A stretch of DNA of 59,084 nucleotides from a virus (lineage: Duplodnaviria; Caudoviricetes). Below, one piece after another: positions 38,201 through 47,376 of the stretch; position 1 is the stretch's first letter, and every line of letters starts with the position of its first letter. The position numbers and the translations under genes are program-made. The DNA is taken from positions 1 to 59,084 of the IMG/VR virus record IMGVR_UViG_3300047552_000148; one strand, 5' to 3'. The notes beneath the pieces were generated by a model. That model searched no databases, had not been told where the DNA came from, and saw only the letters and a program-made list of their open reading frames with translations.

Positions 38201-38675
38201 TACTCCCATCGAAGAAGAGATAAATCGACTACACATTCCATATCAAAGTGTGTACACTTCTACGGGTGATAAAGTTATTGACGCTGAGGCCAAGAAGAAA
38301 GTGCTGCCTATCTTGAACATGTTCTATGAAGGAATGCAGAGTGTGTATAAGACTGAGCCAGAAGATGGACAGAAACTTAGGTTGATGTCTGCTCTAGGTG
38401 AAGCACAAAGGCTTGCAAAAGAGATCGCTATCAATGAAGATATTGTAGCTAAAGCTGCTGTAGGTAAGCAGATGAAAGACTTAGGTATGGCTGGTGACGA
38501 AGTTGAACAGTCTCGTATCTTTGAAGTACAGTTTGGTAAGAACTCGCCTGCTGTGCGTAGGCTTGCTACACAGATGTACGAAAAGCAATCAGGTAAACCT
38601 TTGGATAAAACTAAAGACTACATGATTGCGAATGAGTTTGCTAAGGCTGTGAAGGAAATCTACAGCATTAAATAG
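35265..38675 (+). CDS. Large internal virion (ejectosome-like) protein
   Basis: 1136 aa, last gene of the structural arm. Confidence 0.7.
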   Translation: MATNDDEFAALIPAKQQQAKQPALVDDEFAALVPSKQPATPQGAFNTPTRPMEHSRVKSVLPKEEDIPVADVAKREDLFNVVQDYMTARVGKAGAMKKDETKEEYVNRFMSQMRTGAKSGNELSLAAELSYLNKASDEDRIKAQKAYQLFDNTASYFSSKGQKGIAPVLDVAKSIATAPSTYIGLGVGKLATTAATKAAAKVALGEMTKTQAAKSIAGKTLAVPATEAAFGATSNVYEQKIDLTATEATAKKLEQEIAKMDDPADKAHYTAQLKMLQDKVKAGVKGSDVALSALLGAALGSLESVGTVVGATKAAKKLGLTPKSFDEKMAASKAKQAAATPSTPAPAAPPVTPTSKVNTPLENIEFDMFEGRQLLNKEADETDLARMSVRTDMNKKAMEIAKNVWERVPDLQPRPDEKVSDSVMRVFKNISDIEDVALNDAMQQAGVSPEQFAQMMRVSVGDGARLMQQYSVMKKAADKMKQIDPAAAKEIDAMYGERSKIVGSFTSLWDGVLSVDRNLKGIMVSQLATTIRNGYSLGINVTMGAATEALESTLYRVGKTAAEVSTGKPITGSFKDGLKGVIRDATRTAYYLSNPELASDVTKAITSSNPFLYQKLVRSSAGEASTSGLWKPVEILNTLNVAQDAFARNALFAANVDKQLSRVGVDMYDVLANKKQIPFDVLNNATDSALEATFSKMPKQGVMFHAIKTAEQLGPIASVVVPFPRYMANAMEWTFKHSGGGLLTGAVDMANGSAMLRKGDEKGMRYITRGLENASKSAVGLGTMYALYKYREENQHTPWNEATTESGSSTDVRAMGPFAVLLAAADYSVKLEKGKIEDFKFKEFAEAVLGLKIPAGSAAVIVDRIAAGFSAGDVLAQKKWEATVGEVVGEYIGRATIPLNQLSAIVGAIDRDEALPRDSFNILRGEEGFMKSAQEKIESKLPVLKQNQPVSQQPLQSGPTRNESNLATMLTGINVKGKPTPIEEEINRLHIPYQSVYTSTGDKVIDAEAKKKVLPILNMFYEGMQSVYKTEPEDGQKLRLMSALGEAQRLAKEIAINEDIVAKAAVGKQMKDLGMAGDEVEQSRIFEVQFGKNSPAVRRLATQMYEKQSGKPLDKTKDYMIANEFAKAVKEIYSIK

Positions 38676-38700
38676 CAGCCTTATTCGCTGCACAGCAAAT

Positions 38701-38735
38701 AAACAAGGGAGCTTCATCGGCTCCCTTTGTCTTTG
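38701..38735. terminator. Probable bidirectional terminator where the arms converge
   Basis: AAGGGAGC/GCTCCCTT hairpin with A- and T-rich flanks. Confidence 0.75.
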
Positions 38736-39227
38736 TTAGAACAGCTTCTTCACTTCCTCAAATGTTATTGGCGTGTAACTTGTTTGCTCAACACTAACAC
38801 ATCTATACCGTTTGTCTGCAATGGACTTGTTGTGAAGATGCCCATGAATGTTTCCGTTAAACCTACTCATACTATCTGGATGGATAGGGATGTGGCTAAG
38901 CAAAAACATATCAAGTACATGATAGGCTCTGACATCTTTGAAGTATTGGAGATATTCATCAATGCGGAAGATGTCGTGATTACCCTTAATCAAAATCTTC
39001 TCACCATTAAGACGCTGTAATGTAGGAAGAGCTTTTCTATTAATCACTACATCACCAAGATGATAGACTTTATCTTTAGGACGTACAGAATTATTCCAAT
39101 TCGCAATAAGAGCTTCATCCATTTCTTCAACAGAATCCCAAGGACGCAGCTTAGAGCCATCGTCCCTGAGAAACTGAGTCACTCCAACATGCCCAAAGTG
39201 GGTGTCGCTAGTGAGGAAGATGTTCAT
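38736..39227 (-). CDS. Metallophosphoesterase (calcineurin-like)
   Basis: SDTHFGH, HLGD, GNHD, SH, HGHLH. Confidence 0.92.
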   Translation of the reverse strand: MNIFLTSDTHFGHVGVTQFLRDDGSKLRPWDSVEEMDEALIANWNNSVRPKDKVYHLGDVVINRKALPTLQRLNGEKILIKGNHDIFRIDEYLQYFKDVRAYHVLDMFLLSHIPIHPDSMSRFNGNIHGHLHNKSIADKRYRCVSVEQTSYTPITFEEVKKLF

Positions 39228-39427
39228 TGCTTTACTTGCTTTGAATATTGCATACGAACAAGATTGTCAAAGTAGGCTTGGTTAAACCCACGCAGCCATT
39301 CCTTACCTGCCATGCTGTCTGGATGATAGCGGTTGTCTAGCCAGCCTTTGCTGAAGGCATAGTAACCACTTTCAAACTGAATGCGCAGAGGAGGCTGACG
39401 CTCTTGCTTGATGTTGTTGACGTTCAT
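39224..39427 (-). CDS. Ribosome modulation factor-like small protein
   Basis: GYYAFSKG...RY......EWLRGF spacing resembles RMF. Confidence 0.45.
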   Translation of the reverse strand: MNVNNIKQERQPPLRIQFESGYYAFSKGWLDNRYHPDSMAGKEWLRGFNQAYFDNLVRMQYSKQVKQ

Positions 39428-39900
39428 ATTGTTTCCTTTAATGCTGATATGGGGAGATTAAAGCAGCTTGATTTTACGACATACCCGTTAGATTCATCTA
39501 CAGTTCCTTTCTCAAGAAACGTAGCATCAACAAAGTATTGTTGTTTTTCGTACACACCAAGCCACCACGCTACAGAGAAATCGTTCTTCACTCGTACGAA
39601 TGCGTAGTAGTTGCAGTCTTGCTTTGTATTAAGCTGAGCAACACTGCAAGCATAGTGAGGCAGCGGCACAGAACTTGTGAGTTTAGTCTTTACGTCTACA
39701 GTGGCACCATTAGGCAGCACTAAGTCGTAGTCGTAAGTGTTAGCTATTTCACCGCCTAATACTTGTTGTGCTACAGCCTCACCAACAAAGCCAGCCATGT
39801 TCCCTGCACCACTGGTGATGCTATTACGTAGCTGACCCATTGCTGCTGCTTTGTCTCTAGCTTCAACTAACATTGATGGTGTGATTACTACCTCAATCAT
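39424..39900 (-). CDS. Putative PD-(D/E)xK nuclease-like protein
   Basis: GE......YDYDL......VDVKT. Confidence 0.55.
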   Translation of the reverse strand: MIEVVITPSMLVEARDKAAAMGQLRNSITSGAGNMAGFVGEAVAQQVLGGEIANTYDYDLVLPNGATVDVKTKLTSSVPLPHYACSVAQLNTKQDCNYYAFVRVKNDFSVAWWLGVYEKQQYFVDATFLEKGTVDESNGYVVKSSCFNLPISALKETI

Positions 39901-40403
39901 TGATGTTCCTCGCGCAGAGACTTAGGTGCAAACTCACCATGATATTGTTTACGAATCTCGTCTGCCCTATCACATGCTTCCTTAAAGTCTGCGTAGTAGC
40001 CAAAGCGTTTTACTTTACCGTTGACACCAACACGCACTCCACATTTGCCTCTACGCTTATCAAAACTAACTCCGGGTTTACCTGACGTGTTGTTTCTATT
40101 CTTTCCTCTGTTCATACTATTTTGAGAAGTCGTTGCTTCTCGTAAATTTTCGATTCTATTGTTATCACATATACGATTGATGTGGTCAATCACCTTAGGA
40201 AGATATCCGTGGTGATACAGGAAGACTAAACGATGCTCGTACCACAGCTTATTAAACACAGACCCTCTTCTATACCCTGTAGCTTTATCAACACTCCCAA
40301 ATCTATCCCCTACATGTACACTCCTAGCTGTCCTAACCTTCCAATATAGACCTCCGTTCTTATACTCAAAAAGTTCTTTAGCCTTTCCTTGTGTTAGAGT
40401 CAT
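39897..40403 (-). CDS. HNH-AP2 homing endonuclease
   Basis: HRLV...IDHIN...NNRIENLR; NTSGKPGVS...AP2-like tail ending HGEFA. Confidence 0.9.
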   Translation of the reverse strand: MTLTQGKAKELFEYKNGGLYWKVRTARSVHVGDRFGSVDKATGYRRGSVFNKLWYEHRLVFLYHHGYLPKVIDHINRICDNNRIENLREATTSQNSMNRGKNRNNTSGKPGVSFDKRRGKCGVRVGVNGKVKRFGYYADFKEACDRADEIRKQYHGEFAPKSLREEHQ

Positions 40404-41170
40404 TGTCTGTCCTCCCACTTAAGCTTCGCTAAAATATAGTTTTTAACCAAACTACTTCGCACAATATCATCAATACCAAACTCTACGTGAGTGAAGTCTT
40501 TCATGGTAGAGATAATGTCGAGGAAAGGCAACAGACCAGACTTGTCTTCCTTCTTACGCAAGTCAGCTTGTCGATAGTCTCCACAGATAATGAACTTGCT
40601 AGTATGTCCAACACGAGTGATGATGGTGTCTAGTTCATGGAAGTTGCAATTCTGTGCTTCGTCTAAAAGCAAGATGGCGTTGTTGAATGTTGTGCCGCGA
40701 ATGAAACTGGTGCTGATGAATTCAATGTGACCTTGCTCCACCAGCCTATCCCATGCGTCCTTGCGACCAAACAAGTCAGCAGCAATTTGCTTATACGGCT
40801 CAATGAACATAGACATCTTCTCGTCTACGCTCCCCGGCAAATGCCCCATTTCACGACCCTGTACAGAGCTACGTACAATGACGAGCTTGTCGTAAGGAGT
40901 AGACTTGTCTAGCACATCTTCCAACGCCTTATACATAGCGCAATAGGTCTTGCCTGTACCAGCCACGCCGTGCAGCGAAACAAAATAATGACCACTTCGA
41001 TATGCATCAAAGAAGTCTTTTTGTTTATCTGTCTTAGCCTGAATAGTCTTCATGTCGTCAAGACGAATGCGAAGGCTGTTGGTAGCTTTACGTTGTGCGA
41101 AAGGCTCTAGCACCTTATCAGGTGCTGTCTCATTGAACAAAGCAGGTGCTTGTCGTTTCTTAGTTGCCAT
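40400..41170 (-). CDS. phoH: PhoH-like ATPase
   Basis: GVAGTGKT, GHLPG, RGTT, DEAQN, GD..Q.D, DIVRS. Confidence 0.95.
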   Translation of the reverse strand: MATKKRQAPALFNETAPDKVLEPFAQRKATNSLRIRLDDMKTIQAKTDKQKDFFDAYRSGHYFVSLHGVAGTGKTYCAMYKALEDVLDKSTPYDKLVIVRSSVQGREMGHLPGSVDEKMSMFIEPYKQIAADLFGRKDAWDRLVEQGHIEFISTSFIRGTTFNNAILLLDEAQNCNFHELDTIITRVGHTSKFIICGDYRQADLRKKEDKSGLLPFLDIISTMKDFTHVEFGIDDIVRSSLVKNYILAKLKWEDRQ

Positions 41171-41248
41171 AGATTTCCTATGTGTTGTGTTAATGAAAAC
41201 GCCACCAAGCGTTGCTGCTCAGTGGCGTGTAAATGATAGCACTAAAGG

Positions 41249-41434
41249 CTATGCTGTTTCTTCTTCGTCAACGACAAAAGGAACAGACCTCACTGTAGGG
41301 TGCTGCTTCATAAAGTCTTCACGGCTAATGTCAAAGCCGATAAGAACTTCCTTGAATTCAACACCGTCATTCCTAAGCTGCTGCTTCAAAGCTACACAGG
41401 CTGGGCAGTTGAGTTTGCTATATACGGTTTTCAT
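41249..41434 (-). CDS. Glutaredoxin
   Basis: YSK.NCPAC...RSVP; directly after RNR. Confidence 0.85.
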   Translation of the reverse strand: MKTVYSKLNCPACVALKQQLRNDGVEFKEVLIGFDISREDFMKQHPTVRSVPFVVDEEETA

Positions 41435-43722
41435 ATTTCGCATCCTCCAGCAGCACACGAAAGAGTCTGAACACCTTCAACATTATCTGTATTCTCAATG
41501 AAGGCTTCCCAATTGATTGTTGCCGGTGTAATCTTCAACATCTCTTCGTACTCAGCCTTAGTAATTTCTTCATAAGGACTTTGGCGATACGTACCTCCAT
41601 CTTGCGGCAGAAAGCTAACACCAGTGATCTGGTCAAAGTTGTTCCACACCCAAGCACCAACATCGGGCCATTCATGTTCCTTCACCGATATCGTCACAGA
41701 AGGCTTATGCTCTGTGTAGTGTTGCTGATACAGCAGCCACAGACGTAGATGCTTGATAGCGTCCAAGTCGTCACGCAACAAAGCTCCTTCCTTCACAGCA
41801 ACAGGGAAACTAAACACTGTTGTTGTATCTGGCTTCATCACACAAGGCTCAGCAGGAAAGCCTGAGTCTTTCAAGAACTTAGTCAGTGGGTCTTTGTTGT
41901 CTCCACGTACACGGCGAATGTAATATTGACTGTGCTGTGGATGAATGCCACTGGCTGTGCCTGTAAGCTGAGACACAGTGCCTTCAGGCTTGATGGCTGT
42001 GGTGGCTACAGAGGCGTTGATGCCAATAGCAGCAGCAAGATCAACATTAGTAGCAACAACCGTCTCACGCAAAGAATTAAGTAGGATAGGTAGGGATTCA
42101 TTGTCGGGATTGTTCAGCAAAGCATTGTCCAAGATGCCGGTCATAGACACACCGAGCAAACGCTCTTCTTCTGTGTTGCTCTGCCATATCTTACGCAGAT
42201 AAGGGAAGTGTGTCAGAGTGCTTTGGAATGTACCAAGCATAGACGCCATTGCCATCTTCTCATGCAGGGTATCTTCATCGTCATCAGCACGGACGATGAC
42301 GCTGGAGAGGTTACAGAATTGATATGGGCGTAGGATGATTTCGCTGTTGTGTACAACAACACCTTCAACAACACCCCAATGTGTGTCGGGTTCGGTGAAG
42401 TCAAACACTTCTTCTTCGCCCAAGTCCATAGTTACAGCTACAACCTTTCCGGTGTAGCCAGAAAGCTCCATCTGAACTTCTTTACCATTAAGATATTGAG
42501 CCTCTTCTTCTTGTCCATTTGACAACATGAAGCGATGATCAGGTGTGCAGAAGATTTTAATAGGCCGTTGACGATATCCCTGATTAATCTCAACAGAGCA
42601 GATTTTTTTAACACCAGACGACCACACCTTACCAACAGTGGTCTTACCTTTATAGTTGATGATGTTTACAGTCTCGCGCTTAGCCAACTCTGACAGTTCA
42701 ACATATCCTTCATCCGTCAACAGACGCATATCGCCAGTAAAGCAGCACGGATTAGTTCCGAAGTCTTTGTGATGCTTGCGGCGTCCATACTTCACCGCCT
42801 GATTCTCGCTAGCATATCTATTGAAGATGCCTCGCTCACCGCTATGGCTTTCATAGATGCTAGACCACTCACGCATAAACTGCCCCACTGAAGGCTTCAC
42901 ATCATAGACAGCGCTGTTGTTTGCCAACGCACGTTGTCCATTACCTTCCCACCAATTACCTGCCTTAGCATGGGCCATACGGTCGTCTGTCAAATCAGAC
43001 AAGCTAATCATTGCAGACCTACGCACACCACCTACAACAACAACCTCGCCAATCTTACACATAATGTCGTGGCATTCCAGCGATGTCAGCTTCCTACCAA
43101 CAGCACCTTTGAACTTGGCAATGACGTAGCGAAACAGATCAACCAACGGCTCTGGTCCACTGGCACGACCGCCAAAGGTTTTAAGACGCGCACCAGCAGG
43201 GCGTACATGCGACACATCCCACTTAGGAATCTCACCAGCATATAGCAGGGTGATGATTTGACGCAGCGCCTTAGCCCAGCCTTCTTTGGAGTCTTTAACG
43301 AATACAGAAGTGTTACTGTCGAAGAGCTTGTCTGGTACTTCTGGAAGATGTTTAATGTATTTTGTTTCAACGCTGAAACCTACACCTACACCGCAAAGAA
43401 GTACATACATAGCTTCATCAAAGCTCTTGATGTCATCTAGTGTAATCATGCTACAGTTGTATGAAGCTACGTTCTGCCGTTCCAATGCCTCACCAGCAGT
43501 CATAATAGCCCGCATAGAAGGCATCACTTCGCTGTTCTCCACAGCCATTTGCAGCTTGTTACGCACAGACGCTGGCAACTGATAGCCGTGCTTGTCGTTC
43601 AAGTGTTTTTGCATGAAGCTGAAGTAGCGTTCTACAGTTTCATCCCAGTGTTCGCGGCGTCCTTTGTCGTCAAGGAAACGAGCATAGCGCGATTTAGCAA
43701 TGTAAGTTTGGAAGGGTGTCAT
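41431..43722 (-). CDS. nrdJ: Class II (B12-dependent) ribonucleotide reductase with a mini-intein
   Basis: PSMR, NCS, GGVRRSA, NPC/SEI, KPEGTVS, C-terminal CAAGGC; no nrdB partner. Confidence 0.93.
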   Translation of the reverse strand: MTPFQTYIAKSRYARFLDDKGRREHWDETVERYFSFMQKHLNDKHGYQLPASVRNKLQMAVENSEVMPSMRAIMTAGEALERQNVASYNCSMITLDDIKSFDEAMYVLLCGVGVGFSVETKYIKHLPEVPDKLFDSNTSVFVKDSKEGWAKALRQIITLLYAGEIPKWDVSHVRPAGARLKTFGGRASGPEPLVDLFRYVIAKFKGAVGRKLTSLECHDIMCKIGEVVVVGGVRRSAMISLSDLTDDRMAHAKAGNWWEGNGQRALANNSAVYDVKPSVGQFMREWSSIYESHSGERGIFNRYASENQAVKYGRRKHHKDFGTNPCCFTGDMRLLTDEGYVELSELAKRETVNIINYKGKTTVGKVWSSGVKKICSVEINQGYRQRPIKIFCTPDHRFMLSNGQEEEAQYLNGKEVQMELSGYTGKVVAVTMDLGEEEVFDFTEPDTHWGVVEGVVVHNSEIILRPYQFCNLSSVIVRADDDEDTLHEKMAMASMLGTFQSTLTHFPYLRKIWQSNTEEERLLGVSMTGILDNALLNNPDNESLPILLNSLRETVVATNVDLAAAIGINASVATTAIKPEGTVSQLTGTASGIHPQHSQYYIRRVRGDNKDPLTKFLKDSGFPAEPCVMKPDTTTVFSFPVAVKEGALLRDDLDAIKHLRLWLLYQQHYTEHKPSVTISVKEHEWPDVGAWVWNNFDQITGVSFLPQDGGTYRQSPYEEITKAEYEEMLKITPATINWEAFIENTDNVEGVQTLSCAAGGCEI
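42346..42744 (-). mobile_element. Mini-intein (133 aa) in RNR
   Basis: CFTGD...TPDH...VFD...VVHN followed by Ser. Confidence 0.93.
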
Positions 43723-43737
43723 ATATATTCTCTCTGT

Positions 43738-43760
43738 TAAAAAAAGGAGCCGTAGCTCCT
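43738..43760 (-). terminator. Rho-independent terminator
   Basis: AGGAGC/GCTCCT hairpin followed by a T run on the minus strand. Confidence 0.7.
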
Positions 43761-43788
43761 GAAGGGGTAGGAGGTATAGCTCAGCGCT

Positions 43789-44106
43789 TCATCGTTCGTC
43801 TCCCGAGCCAGCAACAACCCCACGAAGGGATCGGCTTTGCAGCTTCATCAAGTTGCCTGCACAAATGTCAGACATGCTCAAATAATTATCACTAGCAATA
43901 CCAGCCACCATCCACATAACATCACCAAGCTCCTTCTTAATAGCATCACGATAGGCATTGACATCGCCACCATCACGGCGCAGCTTAGCAGCCTTGCCTA
44001 CCACCTCACCTGCTTCCGCTGCAAGATTGAGCAGGCAGTATGTTTCATCTGCTGTAGGCAAGCGATACTTCATTGCCTCTGTTTGATAAATGTTAATGTC
44101 GTTCAT
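43789..44106 (-). CDS. mazG: MazG-like nucleotide pyrophosphohydrolase
   Basis: EAGEV..K..K, KELGDVMW, KL..R...G...GSGD.R. Confidence 0.88.
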   Translation of the reverse strand: MNDINIYQTEAMKYRLPTADETYCLLNLAAEAGEVVGKAAKLRRDGGDVNAYRDAIKKELGDVMWMVAGIASDNYLSMSDICAGNLMKLQSRSLRGVVAGSGDER

Positions 44107-44273
44107 AGATAGCGATCTGTCTTTATGCCGGAAAAGAGTACGCCTGCAAGAATAAGAAACACGATTGCGATTGAAGCAATTGATGGTGCAAACACAACCC
44201 ACCAAGACCAATCAATGTAGTTAAATATCTTTGCACCAACGAAGATGAGTGTGAGAGTGTGGAAGTAGTTCAT
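44103..44273 (-). CDS. Small membrane protein (56 aa, IDWSWW.V)
   Basis: Hand-translated; ATGA overlaps at both ends. Confidence 0.65.
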   Translation of the reverse strand: MNYFHTLTLIFVGAKIFNYIDWSWWVVFAPSIASIAIVFLILAGVLFSGIKTDRYL

Positions 44274-44431
44274 TTCCAATCGTCCTCATCCTTAGCTGTA
44301 TCTACAATGCTTTCCTTTACCAAAGCAGAGATGCCTTTGTCTAACAAGAATTGCACCGTCTCAACATCACATTGCAGCAGCAGCACAAGACTGCCATCTT
44401 CTGTTTCCTGCACATCTAATACGTCTAGCAT
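44270..44431 (-). CDS. Small acidic hypothetical protein (53 aa)
   Basis: Hand-translated MLDVLDVQET...; overlaps neighbours. Confidence 0.6.
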   Translation of the reverse strand: MLDVLDVQETEDGSLVLLLQCDVETVQFLLDKGISALVKESIVDTAKDEDDWK

Positions 44432-45327
44432 CAGAATAGTTCCTTCTTAAGTTGTTTAACTTTCACGGTTGTGTATGTCGCTAGTGTTTTGAAGTTGATG
44501 GTGGGGTTCTTGTTTTCTCTAACAATGTTCCACATCTCTTCTCGCACTAGGTCGTAGAACACAGTGTGTAGTAGCTGAGGAATAAACTGAGAAGTCCAGC
44601 CATCACGGGCTAGAACAATCTTTGCGTACACCTTATCTACCAACGCCTGTGTTACATACTTGTCTACGATTTTCTCTTCAACGACTTCACAGCCAACAAC
44701 AGGCGCACCCATTGTCTTGATGTGATTGTCTTTGAATTCGTTGCTTACAATTTTAGCCCAGCATTGTCTGCCGTACTTATTCTTGTACGCATAGTTCTTA
44801 ATTACAACACCTTCAGCTACACCAGCACCATCTTTGATTAGGAAGTTGGCGTTGTCAATACACTTCACAAACATTTCGTATGTGCCGTTCTTGACAATGG
44901 CTACTGGTGCGATGAAGTGTAAGCCTGCTTCTGTCAACATACCAGCATAGTCTTCGTAAGGAACAAAGCATTCGTTCTTAGTATCGTAGACATCAAAGAC
45001 ATAAAACTTACGCCATGCATCATCGTTGTAATACTTTACTGTGTGTGGAACAAGCCATTCACCGTACAGCGTAAGCCACGGATAAGCATTGGTAAAGGCT
45101 TGGATGTTGAAGTCGTTCACCATAGCAGCCATGAAGCCAGCGTTGTCTGCGTCTAAGCTAAGTTGTCGGTTACGACTACCGCAGCAAAGCACACCACCTG
45201 CTTCTTCTTTCCACACAGAAGCGTTAGTTCCATCAATCTTTGGAAAGACATAGGACAGACCAACTTCAATGCCTTCTACTTCGGTGTTACCGAAGCGTTC
45301 AAGGTGCATGTATTTAATAAAGCTCAT
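44431..45327 (-). CDS. RNA ligase (Rnl2-like nucleotidyltransferase)
   Basis: KIDGTN, GEW, FYVFD, EGVVIK, AKIV. Confidence 0.82.
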   Translation of the reverse strand: MSFIKYMHLERFGNTEVEGIEVGLSYVFPKIDGTNASVWKEEAGGVLCCGSRNRQLSLDADNAGFMAAMVNDFNIQAFTNAYPWLTLYGEWLVPHTVKYYNDDAWRKFYVFDVYDTKNECFVPYEDYAGMLTEAGLHFIAPVAIVKNGTYEMFVKCIDNANFLIKDGAGVAEGVVIKNYAYKNKYGRQCWAKIVSNEFKDNHIKTMGAPVVGCEVVEEKIVDKYVTQALVDKVYAKIVLARDGWTSQFIPQLLHTVFYDLVREEMWNIVRENKNPTINFKTLATYTTVKVKQLKKELF

Positions 45328-45716
45328 TTACGTTTCCTTTCTTGTTTCTCTTGATCAGACTTCACCTTATGGCATGAGGTACAGAGAATTTGGTAATTGT
45401 CTAGCTCACAAAACATTCTGTCAATGTAAACATCCCAGCTTACGAAGCCTTGTTGTGTGTCAACAACAGGTTGTATGTGATCGACTTGCACATCAGCAGC
45501 AACAAAGACATTGGCACAGCTAGCACAGCGATAGTGCATAGCCATCTTCCCTGTCTTTGCATTCACTTGCCTACCAACAAAGGCTGTCTTCAACGCCTTA
45601 AACTTCACAGGCCAACGCCGTGAGGCAGCACGAAGAGCAGACGTAACAAAGCTCTTAAACCTTGCTTCCGTCCACTCCCCGCCGTTGCGTTGCTTAGGCT
45701 TAGAGGATTTCGCCAT
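45324..45716 (-). CDS. HNH endonuclease (probably a core gene)
   Basis: CASC, VDHI.P, QILCTSCH..K. Confidence 0.85.
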   Translation of the reverse strand: MAKSSKPKQRNGGEWTEARFKSFVTSALRAASRRWPVKFKALKTAFVGRQVNAKTGKMAMHYRCASCANVFVAADVQVDHIQPVVDTQQGFVSWDVYIDRMFCELDNYQILCTSCHKVKSDQEKQERKRK

Positions 45717-45903
45717 CTGCCAAGTGTGTTAGGTCAACCCTGCTATTGCGATCTTCTTCAAGCTCAAGCAACAAGTCTTTAGCTGTATCCACAGCATCGT
45801 CTAGTGTGACAGCAATGAAGTGACTCTCAAGCTGATTGCCTTCATAGTCAATGGTGTAGACAACAACAACCCAACCATTCTCAACACGGTTAATTGATAC
45901 CAT
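45700..45903 (-). CDS. Hypothetical protein (MVSINRVENGW)
   Basis: GAGG RBS before ATG 45903. Confidence 0.65.
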   Translation of the reverse strand: MVSINRVENGWVVVVYTIDYEGNQLESHFIAVTLDDAVDTAKDLLLELEEDRNSRVDLTHLADGEIL

Positions 45904-46351
45904 TGTCTTTGTCCTCTCCAAGTTCAAATGCCAACAAGAAAAGTAGGCAGCACATTGCGTGGGCGAGGTGACTGATACCTGTTTCGCTGTCATTCTTTTC
46001 ACCAGCACAGTAGGCGGCGAAGTGTCGTCCTGCCGCATCAATGTAACGGGTTCTAGCATTGGGAACCTTTCGCCAGTTATTTGGTGAATATTTTTTAGCA
46101 CCGTATGTCAGCACCTTCACCACTTCTGTCAGAGCTTTCCATTGCATCAACGACCACTGCGGCTTACCAGCATCAAACTTAACGCCTTCGCCAGATAGGT
46201 TGATACGTTGCCCAGCGTTAGATGGCATCACTCGCTCTGCTGCTGGTGCTGTAACACGAGCGTCTACGAAGTTGCTGAAGTCTACGCAAGTATTACAAGG
46301 CGCGTGTGTTGAGGATTGTTCAGCGTAAAAGCAGTCACGACAAATACCCAT
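45890..46351 (-). CDS. DUF5664 dATP/dGTP diphosphohydrolase-like protein
   Basis: KFD.GK, YGAKKY..NNW, D.ETG..HLAHA. Confidence 0.88.
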   Translation of the reverse strand: MGICRDCFYAEQSSTHAPCNTCVDFSNFVDARVTAPAAERVMPSNAGQRINLSGEGVKFDAGKPQWSLMQWKALTEVVKVLTYGAKKYSPNNWRKVPNARTRYIDAAGRHFAAYCAGEKNDSETGISHLAHAMCCLLFLLAFELGEDKDNGIN

Positions 46352-46352
46352 A

Positions 46353-46688
46353 TCAGCACATCCTTCCGTATGTTGGTGTGTCTTCATCAAGCACAATGTC
46401 TTTAGAAGTTTCATTCATGGCTGCAACTTCTTCCTCACCATAGATTTCTTGACAGCGTTCATGTACACGGTTGGTTAGCTCTTCATCTTCTTCCATCAAC
46501 GAAATGGTAGCGGCCATCATTGTAGCAACCATCACCATATGATGTACTTCTTCGTCCTTCATTGTGAACGGGCCATACCCACCAATCACAATTTCAAAAT
46601 CACCATCCCATTCTTTACCTTCAACAATAGCGGGACGCAAAATGATGGCTACATCATTAGGCTTTATCTGTTTACTGGAGGTTGCCAT
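46353..46688 (-). CDS. Hypothetical protein
   Basis: 111-aa acidic ORF. Confidence 0.7.
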   Translation of the reverse strand: MATSSKQIKPNDVAIILRPAIVEGKEWDGDFEIVIGGYGPFTMKDEEVHHMVMVATMMAATISLMEEDEELTNRVHERCQEIYGEEEVAAMNETSKDIVLDEDTPTYGRMC

Positions 46689-47376
46689 ATTTCATCCTTG
46701 TGTCTACGCAGGTACAACAACCTAGCGTTTTCAATTACACGTTCTTCATTACCATCGTAAGCGTCTATACAACGTAGATACATATCCACTTCATCAACAC
46801 TCTCTTCCAGTATCTTCGCAGCCTTAGCTGGTCCAACACGATAGAGTCCTTTGATGTTGTCAGCATCATCGCCTGTTAGTATCTGCATGTATAGGCTTTC
46901 AAGACCTTCCTCTTCAGTGACGTAGTAGCCTTCCTTCTTAACGAAGTTGTAATGCCAGCCTTGCACTTGCTTAAAGTCTTTGTCTACACTAACAATGATG
47001 CTTTTGTTTAAGGCTGCTGTAGCCTCAATAGCAATAACATCATCGGCTTCTTCTCCGTCTGATACGTTAGCACCCCACTGTTCAATGAGGTGCATACGCA
47101 GATAGGGAAGGTGTTCAGGTTTTGCAGATCGGTTGCCCTTGTAAGGCGCAGTCTTTGCAATGTTATGCCTGAAGTTGTTCTCCCCTGTAAGGAAGAGTTT
47201 CCACTTATCTACGTAGCACCCATTGAAGGTGTTGTCTACTTCGCATACAAGGATGTCAGCAATATAGTTGTCCATACGATGGCAAGCTATCTTCACTGGT
47301 TCATCCTTGCAGGCGAAGGCTACTCTGTACGTTATCAGATCAGCTAAGCGTCTACGAGTGCAACCATATGCTTCAT
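46664..47376 (-). CDS. 5'-3' exonuclease (T7 gp6/FEN family), interrupted after codon 10 by a net 5-nt insertion
   Basis: YKGNR, EADD, SVDKD, GD..DNI.G...VG; the N-terminus MKHMVALVDA lies in another frame behind an AAGGAGG RBS. Confidence 0.88.

Noticed and set aside
45890-46351. Z-genome or 7-deazaguanine modification system
   Set aside because: DUF5664 is alone; no purZ, datZ, dpdA or que genes were recognised.
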